DNA of 64,000 nucleotides. Origin: an uncultured delta proteobacterium (GTDB lineage Bacteria; Desulfobacterota; Desulfuromonadia; Geobacterales; DSM-12255). The stretch's first letter is position 1. Each line of letters starts with the position of its first letter. Shown here piece by piece: positions 26,787-36,498 of this stretch. The notes under the pieces were generated by a model, which was given only the letters and a program-made list of their open reading frames with translations, was not told where the DNA came from and ran no database searches. The DNA is taken from positions 1-64,000 of the forward strand of contig CAWBBV010000007.1 of the NCBI GenBank assembly GCA_963787125.1. The letters are read 5' to 3'. The position numbers were made by a program, and so were the translations under genes.

Positions 26787-28817
26787 ATGAAATTCAGGTC
26801 ACTTCTGACTGCCATCTGCGTACTGGCAACGGCAAACATTGTATCTGCCGCACCGTTTGCATATGTTGCCAATAGCGGCACCCACACAGTTTCGGTGATT
26901 GATACTGCCGACAACTCGATCAAGACTACAGTCAATCTACCTGATTCAGGCTCAATTCGTCCATATGCTTATGGTGTTGCTGTCGGTGCATCCGGGCAGT
27001 TTGCATATGTCGGTCTTCAGGACACCAATGAGGTAGTCGTGATCGATACCGCAACAAATCTGGTAGTAAAAAGAATCGGTCTCGGAACTGATTCTCCTGG
27101 CGGATTGGCGGTAAATGCCGCGGAAACGCGTCTATATGTTGCCAGCGTCAAGAGTAATACGCTGATAATTGTCGATATCTCAGGAAAGGGTGCTGCCGAG
27201 GTAGGGCGAGTGACTGTGAGTGATTCTTCAATCAGCAATCCTGAAGGTGTGGTGCTGTCACCCGACGGGATCAAGGCGTATGTAGCCAACTCCACTCAAG
27301 GGACAGTTGCCGAGATCGCTCTTGATGAAACCAGCAACATCTATACTAGGTCAGCGCTGATTAGTTTGGGAAATAACGCACAGCCAATGGGTTTGACGAT
27401 AAATTCTACCGGAGCAACGTTGTACGTTGCAAGTCTTAACGGAAAAGCTTCAATGGTTGACACTGCAACCAGAATAGTGACTGAGCTGCCTCTTGTCACT
27501 GGACCTACTGGAAACGAGTCTGCCAATGGGAATGTTTCGGTTGCAATCACGCATGATAACAGCAAGATCTTTGCTCCTTCAAACAGCTCTGACAAGATTT
27601 ACGTTATAGATGGAACTGCCAATACGGTTTCTGCAACTACGTATCTCGCAACTGCCGGACCATTCGGGAGTTCTGTGACGCCAGATGGCACAAAGCTTTT
27701 CTTGACCATGAACACAGCGACTGCCGGTGAAACAGTTCAAGTCTTCGACACAGGTAATCTAAGCACAGCGCCAGCAGTTATCTCTCTCTCCCCTGGCGCT
27801 AAGCCGACCAGTTTTGGCTCTTTCATCGGTCCAGTCTTTCCGTTCACAATCACTTCAACGCCGAATCCAAACTGCGGCATTGAACCTTCCGGGACAATTC
27901 AGGTCAACAGTTTAGGGCGTACTTTTGATATCAAGCCGGCAACTCAAAGCACTGTCTGTTCAGTTACAGTTGACGCAGGTACAGCTGGCGCAGTTACAGT
28001 CGGTAGTCCGACAGCTTATACTTTTAGTAATGTCGCAGCTAATCATACGATAACCGCTGCGGAGCTAACCGGTACTTACTACACGCTGTCAGGCGACTGG
28101 CTTGCCTCCAATGGCGGCTATCTTACCAGTACTCCCGCTGGCATTGGTGCCTCAAGTAAGAGCGCTAAGTTCCTGGCAGGGACGGTTACCCTTACGGCTC
28201 CTGCTGGGTTCCTGGCCGGAAGCTGGACAGGTGATTGCCTCGGAACGTTAACGGGCATTTGTAGTATAAATATGAATGCCGATAAAACCTTCGGGGCGAC
28301 AATAACGAAAACTCATTTCACCTTGACCAATACAGGTTGGGTACCTGCTGCAAGTGGTTATCTTGTCAGTACACCGGCAGGTATCGATGCAACACACCAG
28401 AGCGCGATGTTCCCGATCGGGTCAACCATTACTGTAAAGGCTAATTCAGGCTACGCCGCCAGCGCCTGGACAGGTTCCTGTGCTGGCACAGTCGGCGATA
28501 CCTGTATACTTAGTTCAATGGCTGCAGATAAACCTTTTGGGGCTACTGTAACTCAAGCTGGCGGGTTGGTTTTCAATGTAACCAAGACAGCCTACTATCC
28601 GAGCATTGCAGCAGCAACAGCTGCTGCCGCGAACGGCGATGAGATCAGAGTATCAACCGGTATAGCTTCAGATGTAACTACCGGCACGGGTGGAGTTTTT
28701 GTCAAACTGAGCAGCCAATGGCAAGGACCCAGTTGCACCCAAGCTAGTGGTACATATGCAGCATTAGCCCTGACAATCACAGATGCAGGCGTTATTGCAG
28801 ATGGCCTCATACTGTAG
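26787..28817 (+). CDS. Exported YVTN/YncE beta-propeller protein with InlB B-repeat-like modules
   Basis: SD GAGGAGG; signal peptide; AYVANSG..TVSVIDT repeats; two STPAGI...WTG.C.....C modules. Confidence 0.82.
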   Translation: MKFRSLLTAICVLATANIVSAAPFAYVANSGTHTVSVIDTADNSIKTTVNLPDSGSIRPYAYGVAVGASGQFAYVGLQDTNEVVVIDTATNLVVKRIGLGTDSPGGLAVNAAETRLYVASVKSNTLIIVDISGKGAAEVGRVTVSDSSISNPEGVVLSPDGIKAYVANSTQGTVAEIALDETSNIYTRSALISLGNNAQPMGLTINSTGATLYVASLNGKASMVDTATRIVTELPLVTGPTGNESANGNVSVAITHDNSKIFAPSNSSDKIYVIDGTANTVSATTYLATAGPFGSSVTPDGTKLFLTMNTATAGETVQVFDTGNLSTAPAVISLSPGAKPTSFGSFIGPVFPFTITSTPNPNCGIEPSGTIQVNSLGRTFDIKPATQSTVCSVTVDAGTAGAVTVGSPTAYTFSNVAANHTITAAELTGTYYTLSGDWLASNGGYLTSTPAGIGASSKSAKFLAGTVTLTAPAGFLAGSWTGDCLGTLTGICSINMNADKTFGATITKTHFTLTNTGWVPAASGYLVSTPAGIDATHQSAMFPIGSTITVKANSGYAASAWTGSCAGTVGDTCILSSMAADKPFGATVTQAGGLVFNVTKTAYYPSIAAATAAAANGDEIRVSTGIASDVTTGTGGVFVKLSSQWQGPSCTQASGTYAALALTITDAGVIADGLIL

Positions 28818-28840
28818 TCTGTAAATCCATTGTGAATCAG

Positions 28841-28872
28841 AAGAGGGGGCTTACAAAGCCCCCTCTTTTTTT
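28841..28872 (+). terminator. Intrinsic terminator
   Basis: AAGAGGGGGCTT-ACA-AAGCCCCCTCTTTTTTT. Confidence 0.88.
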
Positions 28873-28900
28873 AACTTTATGGTCGTAGCGGAGCAATAAA

Positions 28901-29905
28901 ATGCCTTTTTTGATCGCGATTCTTGCTGCTATCTCAGCCATTGTCACTCTGACAACCTCTGCTGAAGCTGCCCAACTCGTTCGCATCGGCTACTTTGCCA
29001 ATATTACCCATGCACAGGCTCTTGTAGGCAGGGCAAACGGGTTATTTGAGAAGAGTAGCGGCGGGAAGATAGAGTGGAAAGTGTTCAATGCCGGGCCAAC
29101 AGCCATGGAAGCGCTGCTTGCCGGTTCTCTGGATATGGCGTATGTCGGGCCTAATCCGGCGGTCAACGCCTATTTCAGAAGCAAGGGGAAGGTTCTCAGG
29201 GTTATTGCCGGCGCTGCCAGTGGTGGCGCATCACTGGTGGTGCTGAAAGATTCCGGGATTCGGACGGCTGCTGACCTGAAAGGCAAGAAAATCGCCTCAC
29301 CGGAATACGGTAATACCCAGGATATTTCGCTGCGCTACTGGCTCAAGTCACAGGGGCTGAAGCCTGGCCGAGACGTACAGGTTATGCCGATTAAAAACAG
29401 TGAGATATTGGATTTTTTCGGACAAAAGAGGATTTCAGCAGCCTGGGTGCCGGAGCCTTGGGTTGCGCGTCTTGTTGATGAGGCTGGCGGCAGAGTTCTC
29501 CTGGATGAAAGATCTCTTTGGCCGGACGGAAAGTTCCCGACAGCAGTGCTGGTGGTTCGCAAAGATTTCCTTGATAAGAATAGAGAACTGGTCTCAAGGC
29601 TGGTCGATGCCCATATTGAAGCCACCAGGATAATAAATAAGTCGCCGCTGGCAGCAGAGAAAATTATTAACAGCGAAATTGCTAAAATATCTAAAAAGCT
29701 CCTCCCTGAGCCGACCTTTCACGATGCTATGTCGCGACTTACAATATCGTATGATCCTGTCCGAGCTGCCCTCTATACTGCCGCAGAAAGAGCTCGTGAG
29801 CTTGGATTTCTCCCCTCAAATTCAAAAGTTCCGCTCGCTGAAGTAATAGACCTCTCGTTACTCAATGAGAATCTCGCCAGAAGAGGTCTTGCCGTCATTA
29901 AATGA
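28901..29905 (+). CDS. ABC transporter substrate-binding protein (SsuA/TauA/NitT family)
   Basis: RIGYFANITHA, FNAGP, GNTQD, AWVPEPW. Confidence 0.88.
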   Translation: MPFLIAILAAISAIVTLTTSAEAAQLVRIGYFANITHAQALVGRANGLFEKSSGGKIEWKVFNAGPTAMEALLAGSLDMAYVGPNPAVNAYFRSKGKVLRVIAGAASGGASLVVLKDSGIRTAADLKGKKIASPEYGNTQDISLRYWLKSQGLKPGRDVQVMPIKNSEILDFFGQKRISAAWVPEPWVARLVDEAGGRVLLDERSLWPDGKFPTAVLVVRKDFLDKNRELVSRLVDAHIEATRIINKSPLAAEKIINSEIAKISKKLLPEPTFHDAMSRLTISYDPVRAALYTAAERARELGFLPSNSKVPLAEVIDLSLLNENLARRGLAVIK

Positions 29906-29950
29906 ACTTAAGTGGCTGAACTTTAATCCAGTTTGTGATACAAGAGATCC

Positions 29951-30724
29951 ATGCCTCATATTCAATTCAACAATGTCTCCAAACTTTTCCTTTCTCAGTC
30001 AGGACCTGTTCAGGCGCTGGCTGACGTCTCTTTGCGAATCTCCGCCGGTGAGTTTCTCTGTGTTCTCGGTGCTTCGGGATGCGGAAAATCAACCTTCCTC
30101 AATCTTGTCGCCGGGCTGGAGACGCCTGATAGCGGCAGTATCATGGTTGATGATAAGGAGATAACCTCCCCCGGCCCGGAGCGCGTTGTCATGTTTCAGG
30201 AAGCTGCTCTGTTTCCGTGGTTGAATGTTCTGGATAATGTTTCATTCGGCTTGAAAATGGCCGGCATGCAGAGAAGTGACCGGCTTGCCAAGGCCTTTGA
30301 GCTGCTGAAGCTGGTCAAACTGGAAAAATTTGCACGGGCATGGACTCATGAGCTTTCCGGAGGGATGAAACAACGCGTTGCGCTCGCTGCAGCACTAGCG
30401 TTGAATCCCGGGATACTGTTAATGGATGAACCATTTGCGGCGCTAGACGCCCAGACTCGTGATCAGCTTCATGTTGAGATAGAATCTATCTGGGAGCAGA
30501 CCGGGAAGACGATCATTTTTGTCACGCACAATGTTCGCGAGGCAGTCAGACTCGGAACCCGCGTACTGCTTATGTCGCCAAAGGGTGGCAGAATCAGCAA
30601 GGAGTACTCAATCGATCTTCCCAGGCACAGGCATTTAGAAGATGTCGATCTGGTAAAAATTGCTTCTGTCCTCAGGGATGATCTGAGTTCGGAAGTGCTG
30701 AGAGCAGGTGGTGTACATGTCTGA
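29951..30724 (+). CDS. ABC transporter ATP-binding protein (SsuB/TauB family)
   Basis: GASGCGKST, LSGGMKQR, MDEPFAALD. Confidence 0.92.
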   Translation: MPHIQFNNVSKLFLSQSGPVQALADVSLRISAGEFLCVLGASGCGKSTFLNLVAGLETPDSGSIMVDDKEITSPGPERVVMFQEAALFPWLNVLDNVSFGLKMAGMQRSDRLAKAFELLKLVKLEKFARAWTHELSGGMKQRVALAAALALNPGILLMDEPFAALDAQTRDQLHVEIESIWEQTGKTIIFVTHNVREAVRLGTRVLLMSPKGGRISKEYSIDLPRHRHLEDVDLVKIASVLRDDLSSEVLRAGGVHV

Positions 30725-31559
30725 TACGCCGCAAAGCAGGCAGGAAATCTCCACAGAAAGAGTCATTCAGCAAAGGCTCAAAGTAAGAAAATTATCGTTC
30801 ATCAAAAAATCAGTTGCACGGATAATATTCTTTTTGCTCATCCTGGTGTCATGGCAACTGCTGGTCTCAGCCGGTTTCTGGAGCGAACTGCTGTTCCCCT
30901 CGCCTTCGCAGGTGTTTGCTTCACTGTTGCAGACATTTACTGATGGCACCATGCAGGGTGCTATTCTTGCCAGCATGAAGCGCTTGCTGACCGGTTACAC
31001 TGTTGCCCTTTTTATCGGAATACCCGTGGGACTTCTGCTCGGAAGAATTGTGCTTCTCGATAACACACTTGGGACGTTGACACTTGGTCTGCAAGCGCTA
31101 CCCAGTATCTGCTGGATGCCGCTGGCAGTTCTCTGGTTCGGACTGAGTGAGGCTTCCATGCAATTCGTTGTTATAATGGGATCGGTTATGGCTATTATTC
31201 TTTCCGTTCGTGATGGAGTGAAAAATATACCGCGCCTTTATATCCGTGCCTCCAGAGTATTGGGTGCAACTGGATGGAAGAGTTATTTATACGTAGTTTT
31301 GCCGGCGTCACTGCCGTCACTGCTTATTGGCGCCAAGCTTGGCTGGTCTTTTGCCTGGCGGGCGCTCATGGCTGCAGAACTCATTTATGTCAGCACCGGT
31401 CTCGGCTCAACGCTAATGATGGGGAGAGAATTGCACGATATGGCGCAGGTCGTTGCAACCATGTCCGTTATTGTTGTAATCGGTCTAATCACTGACAGGG
31501 TTGTTTTCGGGACGCTGGAAAGGGCAATGCACAAGCGCTGGGGTATCAGCCGATTATAA
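30717..31559 (+). CDS. ABC transporter permease (SsuC/TauC family)
   Basis: LFPSP, LQALPSICWMP, WRALMAAEL. Confidence 0.9.
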   Translation: MSDTPQSRQEISTERVIQQRLKVRKLSFIKKSVARIIFFLLILVSWQLLVSAGFWSELLFPSPSQVFASLLQTFTDGTMQGAILASMKRLLTGYTVALFIGIPVGLLLGRIVLLDNTLGTLTLGLQALPSICWMPLAVLWFGLSEASMQFVVIMGSVMAIILSVRDGVKNIPRLYIRASRVLGATGWKSYLYVVLPASLPSLLIGAKLGWSFAWRALMAAELIYVSTGLGSTLMMGRELHDMAQVVATMSVIVVIGLITDRVVFGTLERAMHKRWGISRL

Positions 31560-31575
31560 AGTACTATTTTTTACG

Positions 31576-31621
31576 AAAAAAAAGTGGGGGCGAGATTTCA
31601 AATCTCACCCCCGCTTTTTTT
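31576..31621. terminator. Bidirectional terminator between convergent operons
   Basis: A8-GTGGGGGCGAGATT...AATCTCACCCCCGC-T7. Confidence 0.85.
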
Positions 31622-31640
31622 ATAAAGTTCGAGATCAGCC

Positions 31641-32516
31641 TTAGATTATCTTGTTCAGCGGGTATTCGACAATCCCCTCTGCGCCAAGTTCCAGCAGTTT
31701 AGGGACTATCTGCCGCACATCCTTTTCCGAAAGGATACTTTCAATAGATACCCAGTCAGACTTGTATAGATGTGATACCGTTGGCGCCTTCTGGCTTGGC
31801 AGAACTTTGGTTATTTCCTCGATTTTGTCGCCTGGGGCATTCATTTTGATGCCTACCATGCCTTCAGCTGCAAGTGCGGATTGCAGCAGGGTGGCGATCT
31901 GCTTGATTTTAGAACGCTTCCAGGGGATTTCCCATGCTGCTTTATTGGCAACCATGACAGGCACCGACTGCATCAGGTCGCAAACGATACGGAGGTTGTT
32001 TGCTCTGATAGTTGAACCGGTTTCCGTTACCTCGACAATAGCATCACACAGGCCATCAACTACTTTTGCTTCAGTTGCACCCCAGGAAAATTCGACAGTA
32101 ACCGGGATCTCTCTTTCTGCAAAGTAACGTTTAGTGAAGCCCACGAGTTCGGTAGATATTGTGGCACCACGAAGGTCTTCCGGCTTCTGAACAGGTGAAT
32201 CCTGGGCAACAACGAGAACCCAGCGCACAGGGCGACGAGAAACTTTTGAATAGACCATCTCACAGACTTCAACAACATCGGAATCGTTTTCGCGGATCCA
32301 GTCACGCCCGGCGATTCCGACATCAATGGTGCCGCGTTCCACGTATTTACCCATCTCCTGTGGCCGGATAAGTTTGCAATTCATCTCATCATCATCAACG
32401 CCGGGGAAATAGCTGCGAGAAGAGATGCTGACCTTCCAACCTGCTTTTTTGAAAAGCTCGACAGTTGCATCTTCCAGGCTCCCTTTCGGGATGCCGAAGT
32501 TGAGGATATTACTCAT
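31641..32516 (-). CDS. hisG: ATP phosphoribosyltransferase, long form
   Basis: [26 protein letters not shown]-terminal regulatory domain. Confidence 0.95.
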   Translation of the reverse strand: MSNILNFGIPKGSLEDATVELFKKAGWKVSISSRSYFPGVDDDEMNCKLIRPQEMGKYVERGTIDVGIAGRDWIRENDSDVVEVCEMVYSKVSRRPVRWVLVVAQDSPVQKPEDLRGATISTELVGFTKRYFAEREIPVTVEFSWGATEAKVVDGLCDAIVEVTETGSTIRANNLRIVCDLMQSVPVMVANKAAWEIPWKRSKIKQIATLLQSALAAEGMVGIKMNAPGDKIEEITKVLPSQKAPTVSHLYKSDWVSIESILSEKDVRQIVPKLLELGAEGIVEYPLNKII

Positions 32517-32890
32517 TTTTTGTATACCTCCGCCGGATCAAATAGTGGCTTGGAGTTTTCAACCCAGGCACCGTTTTCCCATTTAACATAAAAACAGCTT
32601 CTGTTTCCTGTATGACAGGCAGCCGGACCGTTCTGCTTGACCCTGATAACAACCGAGTCAGCATCACAGTCAGTGTAAGCTTCAACAACTTCCTGGGTAT
32701 TGCCGGACTCTTCGCCTTTCATCCAGTATTTGTTGCGCGTGCGGCTGAAAAACCAGGTCTTGCCCGTTTCCAGGGTCAGATTGAGGGTCTTTTCATCCAT
32801 AAAAGCGACCATAAGCACGTCACCGCTAACGTGATCCTGAATTATGGCCGGGATTAAGCCACCCATTTTAGCAAAATCGATTTTTATCAT
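32513..32890 (-). CDS. hisI: Phosphoribosyl-AMP cyclohydrolase
   Basis: [33 protein letters not shown]. Confidence 0.95.
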   Translation of the reverse strand: MIKIDFAKMGGLIPAIIQDHVSGDVLMVAFMDEKTLNLTLETGKTWFFSRTRNKYWMKGEESGNTQEVVEAYTDCDADSVVIRVKQNGPAACHTGNRSCFYVKWENGAWVENSKPLFDPAEVYKK

Positions 32891-32903
32891 TAATTCCTCC
32901 CGT

Positions 32904-32937
32904 AAAAAAGGCGGCACAGGAAATCCCGCGCCGCCTT
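32904..32937 (-). terminator. Intrinsic terminator after rplI, just upstream of the hisI SD
   Basis: Minus strand AAGGCGGCGCGGG-ATTT-CCTGTGCCGCCTTTTTT. Confidence 0.75.
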
Positions 32938-32961
32938 CCCAAGCCTGCTATCAAAGTCTTG

Positions 32962-33408
32962 TTACTCTGCCTTGCTAACAACCACTTTAAGGGTGGCAGT
33001 CACTTCAGGGTGAATCTTGATAGATACGGAGTATTCACCGGTATGCTTGATCGGGTCAGCAAGAGCGATTTTTTTACGGTCGACCTCAATGCCCTGAGCT
33101 TTCAACTGTTCAGCCAGTTCCATGTTTGTTACGGAGCCGAAAAGCTTACCTTCTTCACCTGACTGATGAACGAGATTGAGGACAATGCCTTCGATTTTTG
33201 CAGCAAAAGCTTTTGCCTGCTCAAGCATCTTGTTTTTCTTGTACTCAAGCTGTCTTTTGGCATGCTCCATAGCTTTGGTATTTTTCTCATTTGCCAGCAT
33301 GACAAAACCTTTGGGGATCAAGAAGTTACGCGCATAGCCAGGTGCAACTTTAACAATATCGCCGATGTGTCCGAGGTTTTCCAGGTTTTCGAGCAGAATT
33401 ACTTTCAT
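32962..33408 (-). CDS. rplI: 50S ribosomal protein L9
   Basis: MKVILLE, VAPGYARNFLIP, GKLFGSVT. Confidence 0.97.
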   Translation of the reverse strand: MKVILLENLENLGHIGDIVKVAPGYARNFLIPKGFVMLANEKNTKAMEHAKRQLEYKKNKMLEQAKAFAAKIEGIVLNLVHQSGEEGKLFGSVTNMELAEQLKAQGIEVDRKKIALADPIKHTGEYSVSIKIHPEVTATLKVVVSKAE

Positions 33409-33424
33409 TTTTCCTCCAGCCTGT

Positions 33425-34369
33425 TTACAGGTTTTTTTGTTTTGGGGTACGAAAATTCCCCCATGTGTCGAATAAGCCAAGAATTACGATTGCCAGAACC
33501 AGGTAAGGCTGGAATGCAAGAGCCAGCCAAAAAATTATTCTCGCCAGAGAAGGGACTGAAATACGCTGAAAAAAAGTCAGTAAAACAGCCAATCCTTGAA
33601 TAAAATAGGTAAAGCCAAGCACGATGAGTAGATTAAGTGCAACTCTACTGATATCAGGCTGGGAAAGCATCAGGGCAAAGCCAGCTGAGATTACCGCCCA
33701 GACGAGAATATCGGGATTTCTAAACGTTTGTAAACGACCCGGTTCAGGAATGTTGGGCAGCCATTTTGCCCTTAGCCTGAATATTAGCGCCATGTTGACA
33801 GTTGCAAAAGATGCAAGTGCAACCAGGGCCAGCGCCGGGAAAATCTTCGCAATGAGATCTCCAGCCTGTCTTACCCCCTGGGTAAAAAACTGCAGTTCTT
33901 CAGGGGTTAACCCCTGCTTGCCATAAACAGTTATTGCCTGCTCGGTACTGCTCTTGATCCCTTTGACGAGGGAGCCCTGTAGGTCAGCACCTGCCCAAAG
34001 AATGTAAGCGGCAGCGAAAACAGCTATCAGGATAACATTGATGCCAACAGCGTAGGCAATTGACCTTGCTGAACCTTTTCCCTGCAGATAAAAAAGCGGC
34101 AGCAAAAGCCCGATCAGACCGGTCTGCAGGAGGTAAAGAAGGGGGACAGTGGTGTCCCCCATAATAATAAGTACAGTCAGGGTTATTACAAAAACGGAAA
34201 GGCCGACAACCGCTCCCCTCTTACAGTAATAATAGATTGAGGGGATAGGAGCAAAAATGCCGGCTGCAAGACCTAATACCGGAAATGTAATGTACGCCAG
34301 GAAGAGCGCCAGAGTCAGCACCCCGCCTTTGACTGCATCTAAAAGCAGTTCTTTGCCGGGCAGACTCAT
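33425..34369 (-). CDS. YybS/DUF2232 membrane protein
   Basis: Polytopic membrane protein between rpsR and rplI; YFIQG, GLFDTWGNFR. Confidence 0.85.
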   Translation of the reverse strand: MSLPGKELLLDAVKGGVLTLALFLAYITFPVLGLAAGIFAPIPSIYYYCKRGAVVGLSVFVITLTVLIIMGDTTVPLLYLLQTGLIGLLLPLFYLQGKGSARSIAYAVGINVILIAVFAAAYILWAGADLQGSLVKGIKSSTEQAITVYGKQGLTPEELQFFTQGVRQAGDLIAKIFPALALVALASFATVNMALIFRLRAKWLPNIPEPGRLQTFRNPDILVWAVISAGFALMLSQPDISRVALNLLIVLGFTYFIQGLAVLLTFFQRISVPSLARIIFWLALAFQPYLVLAIVILGLFDTWGNFRTPKQKNL

Positions 34370-34383
34370 CTTCGCAGTGACCT

Positions 34384-34659
34384 CTATGGCAGAACGTGAG
34401 TGCCGGCGATCGGAAGCAGGGCAATGTTTCTGGCCCGTTTGATTGCTTCTGTTATCTCTCGCTGGTGCTTGGAGCAGTTCCCGGAAATTCTGCGTGGAAC
34501 AATCTTGCCGCGTTCAGTTATAAAGTAGCGGAGGGTGCGGGGATCCTTGTAGTCAATGGTTACCTGTTTGTCGGCGCAGAAGCGGCATACTTTTCTCCGC
34601 TGAAAAGGTCTTTTCTTCCTTGGCCCGCTCGGGCGCTGTGAACTTCTTTCGTCACTCAT
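34384..34659 (-). CDS. rpsR: 30S ribosomal protein S18
   Basis: [23 protein letters not shown]. Confidence 0.97.
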   Translation of the reverse strand: MSDERSSQRPSGPRKKRPFQRRKVCRFCADKQVTIDYKDPRTLRYFITERGKIVPRRISGNCSKHQREITEAIKRARNIALLPIAGTHVLP

Positions 34660-34680
34660 TTTATATATGCCTCCGTCAGT

Positions 34681-35052
34681 TTACTCGTTTTCAGATGCGG
34701 TTTCCTCTGAAGGAACCGTCTCTTCGGCCTCTACCGGGATTTCCGGTGCAGCAGTGATTGTGTCCTTGTCCAGCTTGACTGTCTGGTAACGGATTACCCG
34801 GTCGTCAAGGCGGAGACGACGCTCCAGCTCAGCAATCAGTGCGGCATCCCCGTCAGAACGGAGATACATGTAGCGGCCACGGGCTACCTTGTTAATCGGG
34901 TAGGCAAGTTTGCGAACCCCCCAGTCTTCAAGTTTCCTGACTTCACCATTCATCTTTGCGATGGCTTCGTTGATTCTGGTTGTGAGAGCTTTGTTCTCGT
35001 CTTCAGCCAGATCAGGTTTGACGATATAGATCGTCTCGTACATCCTGCTCAT
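34681..35052 (-). CDS. rpsF: 30S ribosomal protein S6
   Basis: YETIYIVKPD, WGVRKLAYPINK. Confidence 0.97.
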   Translation of the reverse strand: MSRMYETIYIVKPDLAEDENKALTTRINEAIAKMNGEVRKLEDWGVRKLAYPINKVARGRYMYLRSDGDAALIAELERRLRLDDRVIRYQTVKLDKDTITAAPEIPVEAEETVPSEETASENE

Positions 35053-35060
35053 CTTTATAA

Positions 35061-35133
35061 CCTCCTTACGGTTTGTGTGTTTCACAGTTTCCAGCGAAAC
35101 AGATAGCCCCGGTCCCACCCGGAGCAAGGAGAG
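35061..35133 (-). promoter_or_regulatory. Probable S6:S18-binding leader of rpsF
   Basis: Minus strand CTCCTTGC can pair with the SD-containing GTAAGGAG; CCG lies immediately 5' of the SD strand, as in the described S6:S18 autoregulatory motif. Confidence 0.6.
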
Positions 35134-35291
35134 GCAGCCCCAATAGCTGCTCGTAGGAAATTTAACTTAATATCACATAGTTTGTCTTGATACAAGAAAA
35201 TTCAGATAGCTATTTGAAGTTTGCATAAGCATCCCTCTGCTGATACATTTCATTTCTTTTTAGAATTTTGCAGACAGCAGGGGGCCATTCC

Positions 35292-35558
35292 ATGTTTGAT
35301 CAAAACAGTGATCTCGGTGCAGCACTCTTTAGTACCTGGACTGAGAAACAGCGCATTGACGAAATAGAGAAGCTGGTACAGGGTTATCGAGGTGGAGTGC
35401 CGGTCGGCATCCTCTGCAAAATGGCGGAGACGATAGCCGGCAACCAAAAGAAAGCCGCAAAAATCCTTAAAAAAATTCTTACGGCTGAAGAACGTCAATT
35501 GGCGATAAAATCTGCTGAAGGTGGCATGCAGCCGCTGGTAAAATCTTTTCTGGAGTAA
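35292..35558 (+). CDS. Small hypothetical protein
   Basis: 88-aa ORF after SD-like AGGGGG; co-oriented with the RluA-family gene. Confidence 0.65.
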   Translation: MFDQNSDLGAALFSTWTEKQRIDEIEKLVQGYRGGVPVGILCKMAETIAGNQKKAAKILKKILTAEERQLAIKSAEGGMQPLVKSFLE

Positions 35559-35563
35559 ACTAA

Positions 35564-36493
35564 ATGCTAACTTTTACAATTGCCACTGCCGATCACTGCC
35601 GTCAGGTGGAAAGTTTCCTCAACAATCTCATGCCTGGTGCAACCAGAGGTTATATGCAGAAACTCGTAAGAGGGGGGCATGTCCTGCTAAACGGGGCAGC
35701 AACCAGTCCTGAACAGCTTCTTAAAGTTAATGATACTCTGACTCTTAAGGAGAGTCGCAGAAGCGCAGAGCTTACCAGAGAGACGCGGCCGGTTGTTGAT
35801 ATACTCTATGAGGATGACATGATAGCTGTTGTCAATAAGGAGCCGGGTCGGGCTGTCCATAACACTGCCGAGGATACCGGGCCAGACCTTGTGCTGCACT
35901 GTGAAAGCTATATGGAGCGCAGGGGAACTCCCTGCAAACTCAGACCAGTAAACAGGCTTGATCGCGGCACATCAGGTGCAGTCATCCTTGCAAAAAGTCC
36001 GACCGCTGCCGGCATTCTTGGCCGGTTTATCAGGGAGGAGGGGCTGGGCAAAATATACCTTGCAGTCGTTATGGGGCAAGTTGACAGCAAAGGTGAGATT
36101 GATCTGCCGCTGGAGGGGAAAGAGTCCCTGACTCGCTTTGAGAGAATCTTTCAGGGACGCTACGACGCAGTTGTAGCTGTTTATCCGGTGACAGGGCGTA
36201 CGCACCAGATCCGGAAACATTTCAGCAGTTGCGGGCATCCGGTTGTGGGTGACAAGCGCTATGGCGGTATTGTGGTCAAGGGTCTTGGCGGCCATGCTCT
36301 CCATGCATTGGCAGTGGCATTTCCTCATCCAATGACAGAATCGGCGCTGACGGTATATGCGCCGCTCCCTGAGGGGCTGATATCGCTGCTGCAGCAGATT
36401 ACCGGGGAGAGTTATCAGGCATTTCTGGCAGAGCTGCCGAAGCTTGGAATTGATAAGGAAGTGTCTTCCCTTGCAAGTTTCTCAGAGGAATAA
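35564..36493 (+). CDS. RluA/RluD-family pseudouridine synthase with S4 domain
   Basis: ILYEDD..VVNK..G, NRLDRGTSG, TGRTHQIRKH, GDKRYG. Confidence 0.92.
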   Translation: MLTFTIATADHCRQVESFLNNLMPGATRGYMQKLVRGGHVLLNGAATSPEQLLKVNDTLTLKESRRSAELTRETRPVVDILYEDDMIAVVNKEPGRAVHNTAEDTGPDLVLHCESYMERRGTPCKLRPVNRLDRGTSGAVILAKSPTAAGILGRFIREEGLGKIYLAVVMGQVDSKGEIDLPLEGKESLTRFERIFQGRYDAVVAVYPVTGRTHQIRKHFSSCGHPVVGDKRYGGIVVKGLGGHALHALAVAFPHPMTESALTVYAPLPEGLISLLQQITGESYQAFLAELPKLGIDKEVSSLASFSEE

Positions 36494-36498
36494 GCGGA

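Noticed and set aside
35945..35980. NRLD instead of HRLD in the pseudouridine synthase
   Set aside because: The catalytic Asp and the other motifs are retained; probably ordinary variation.
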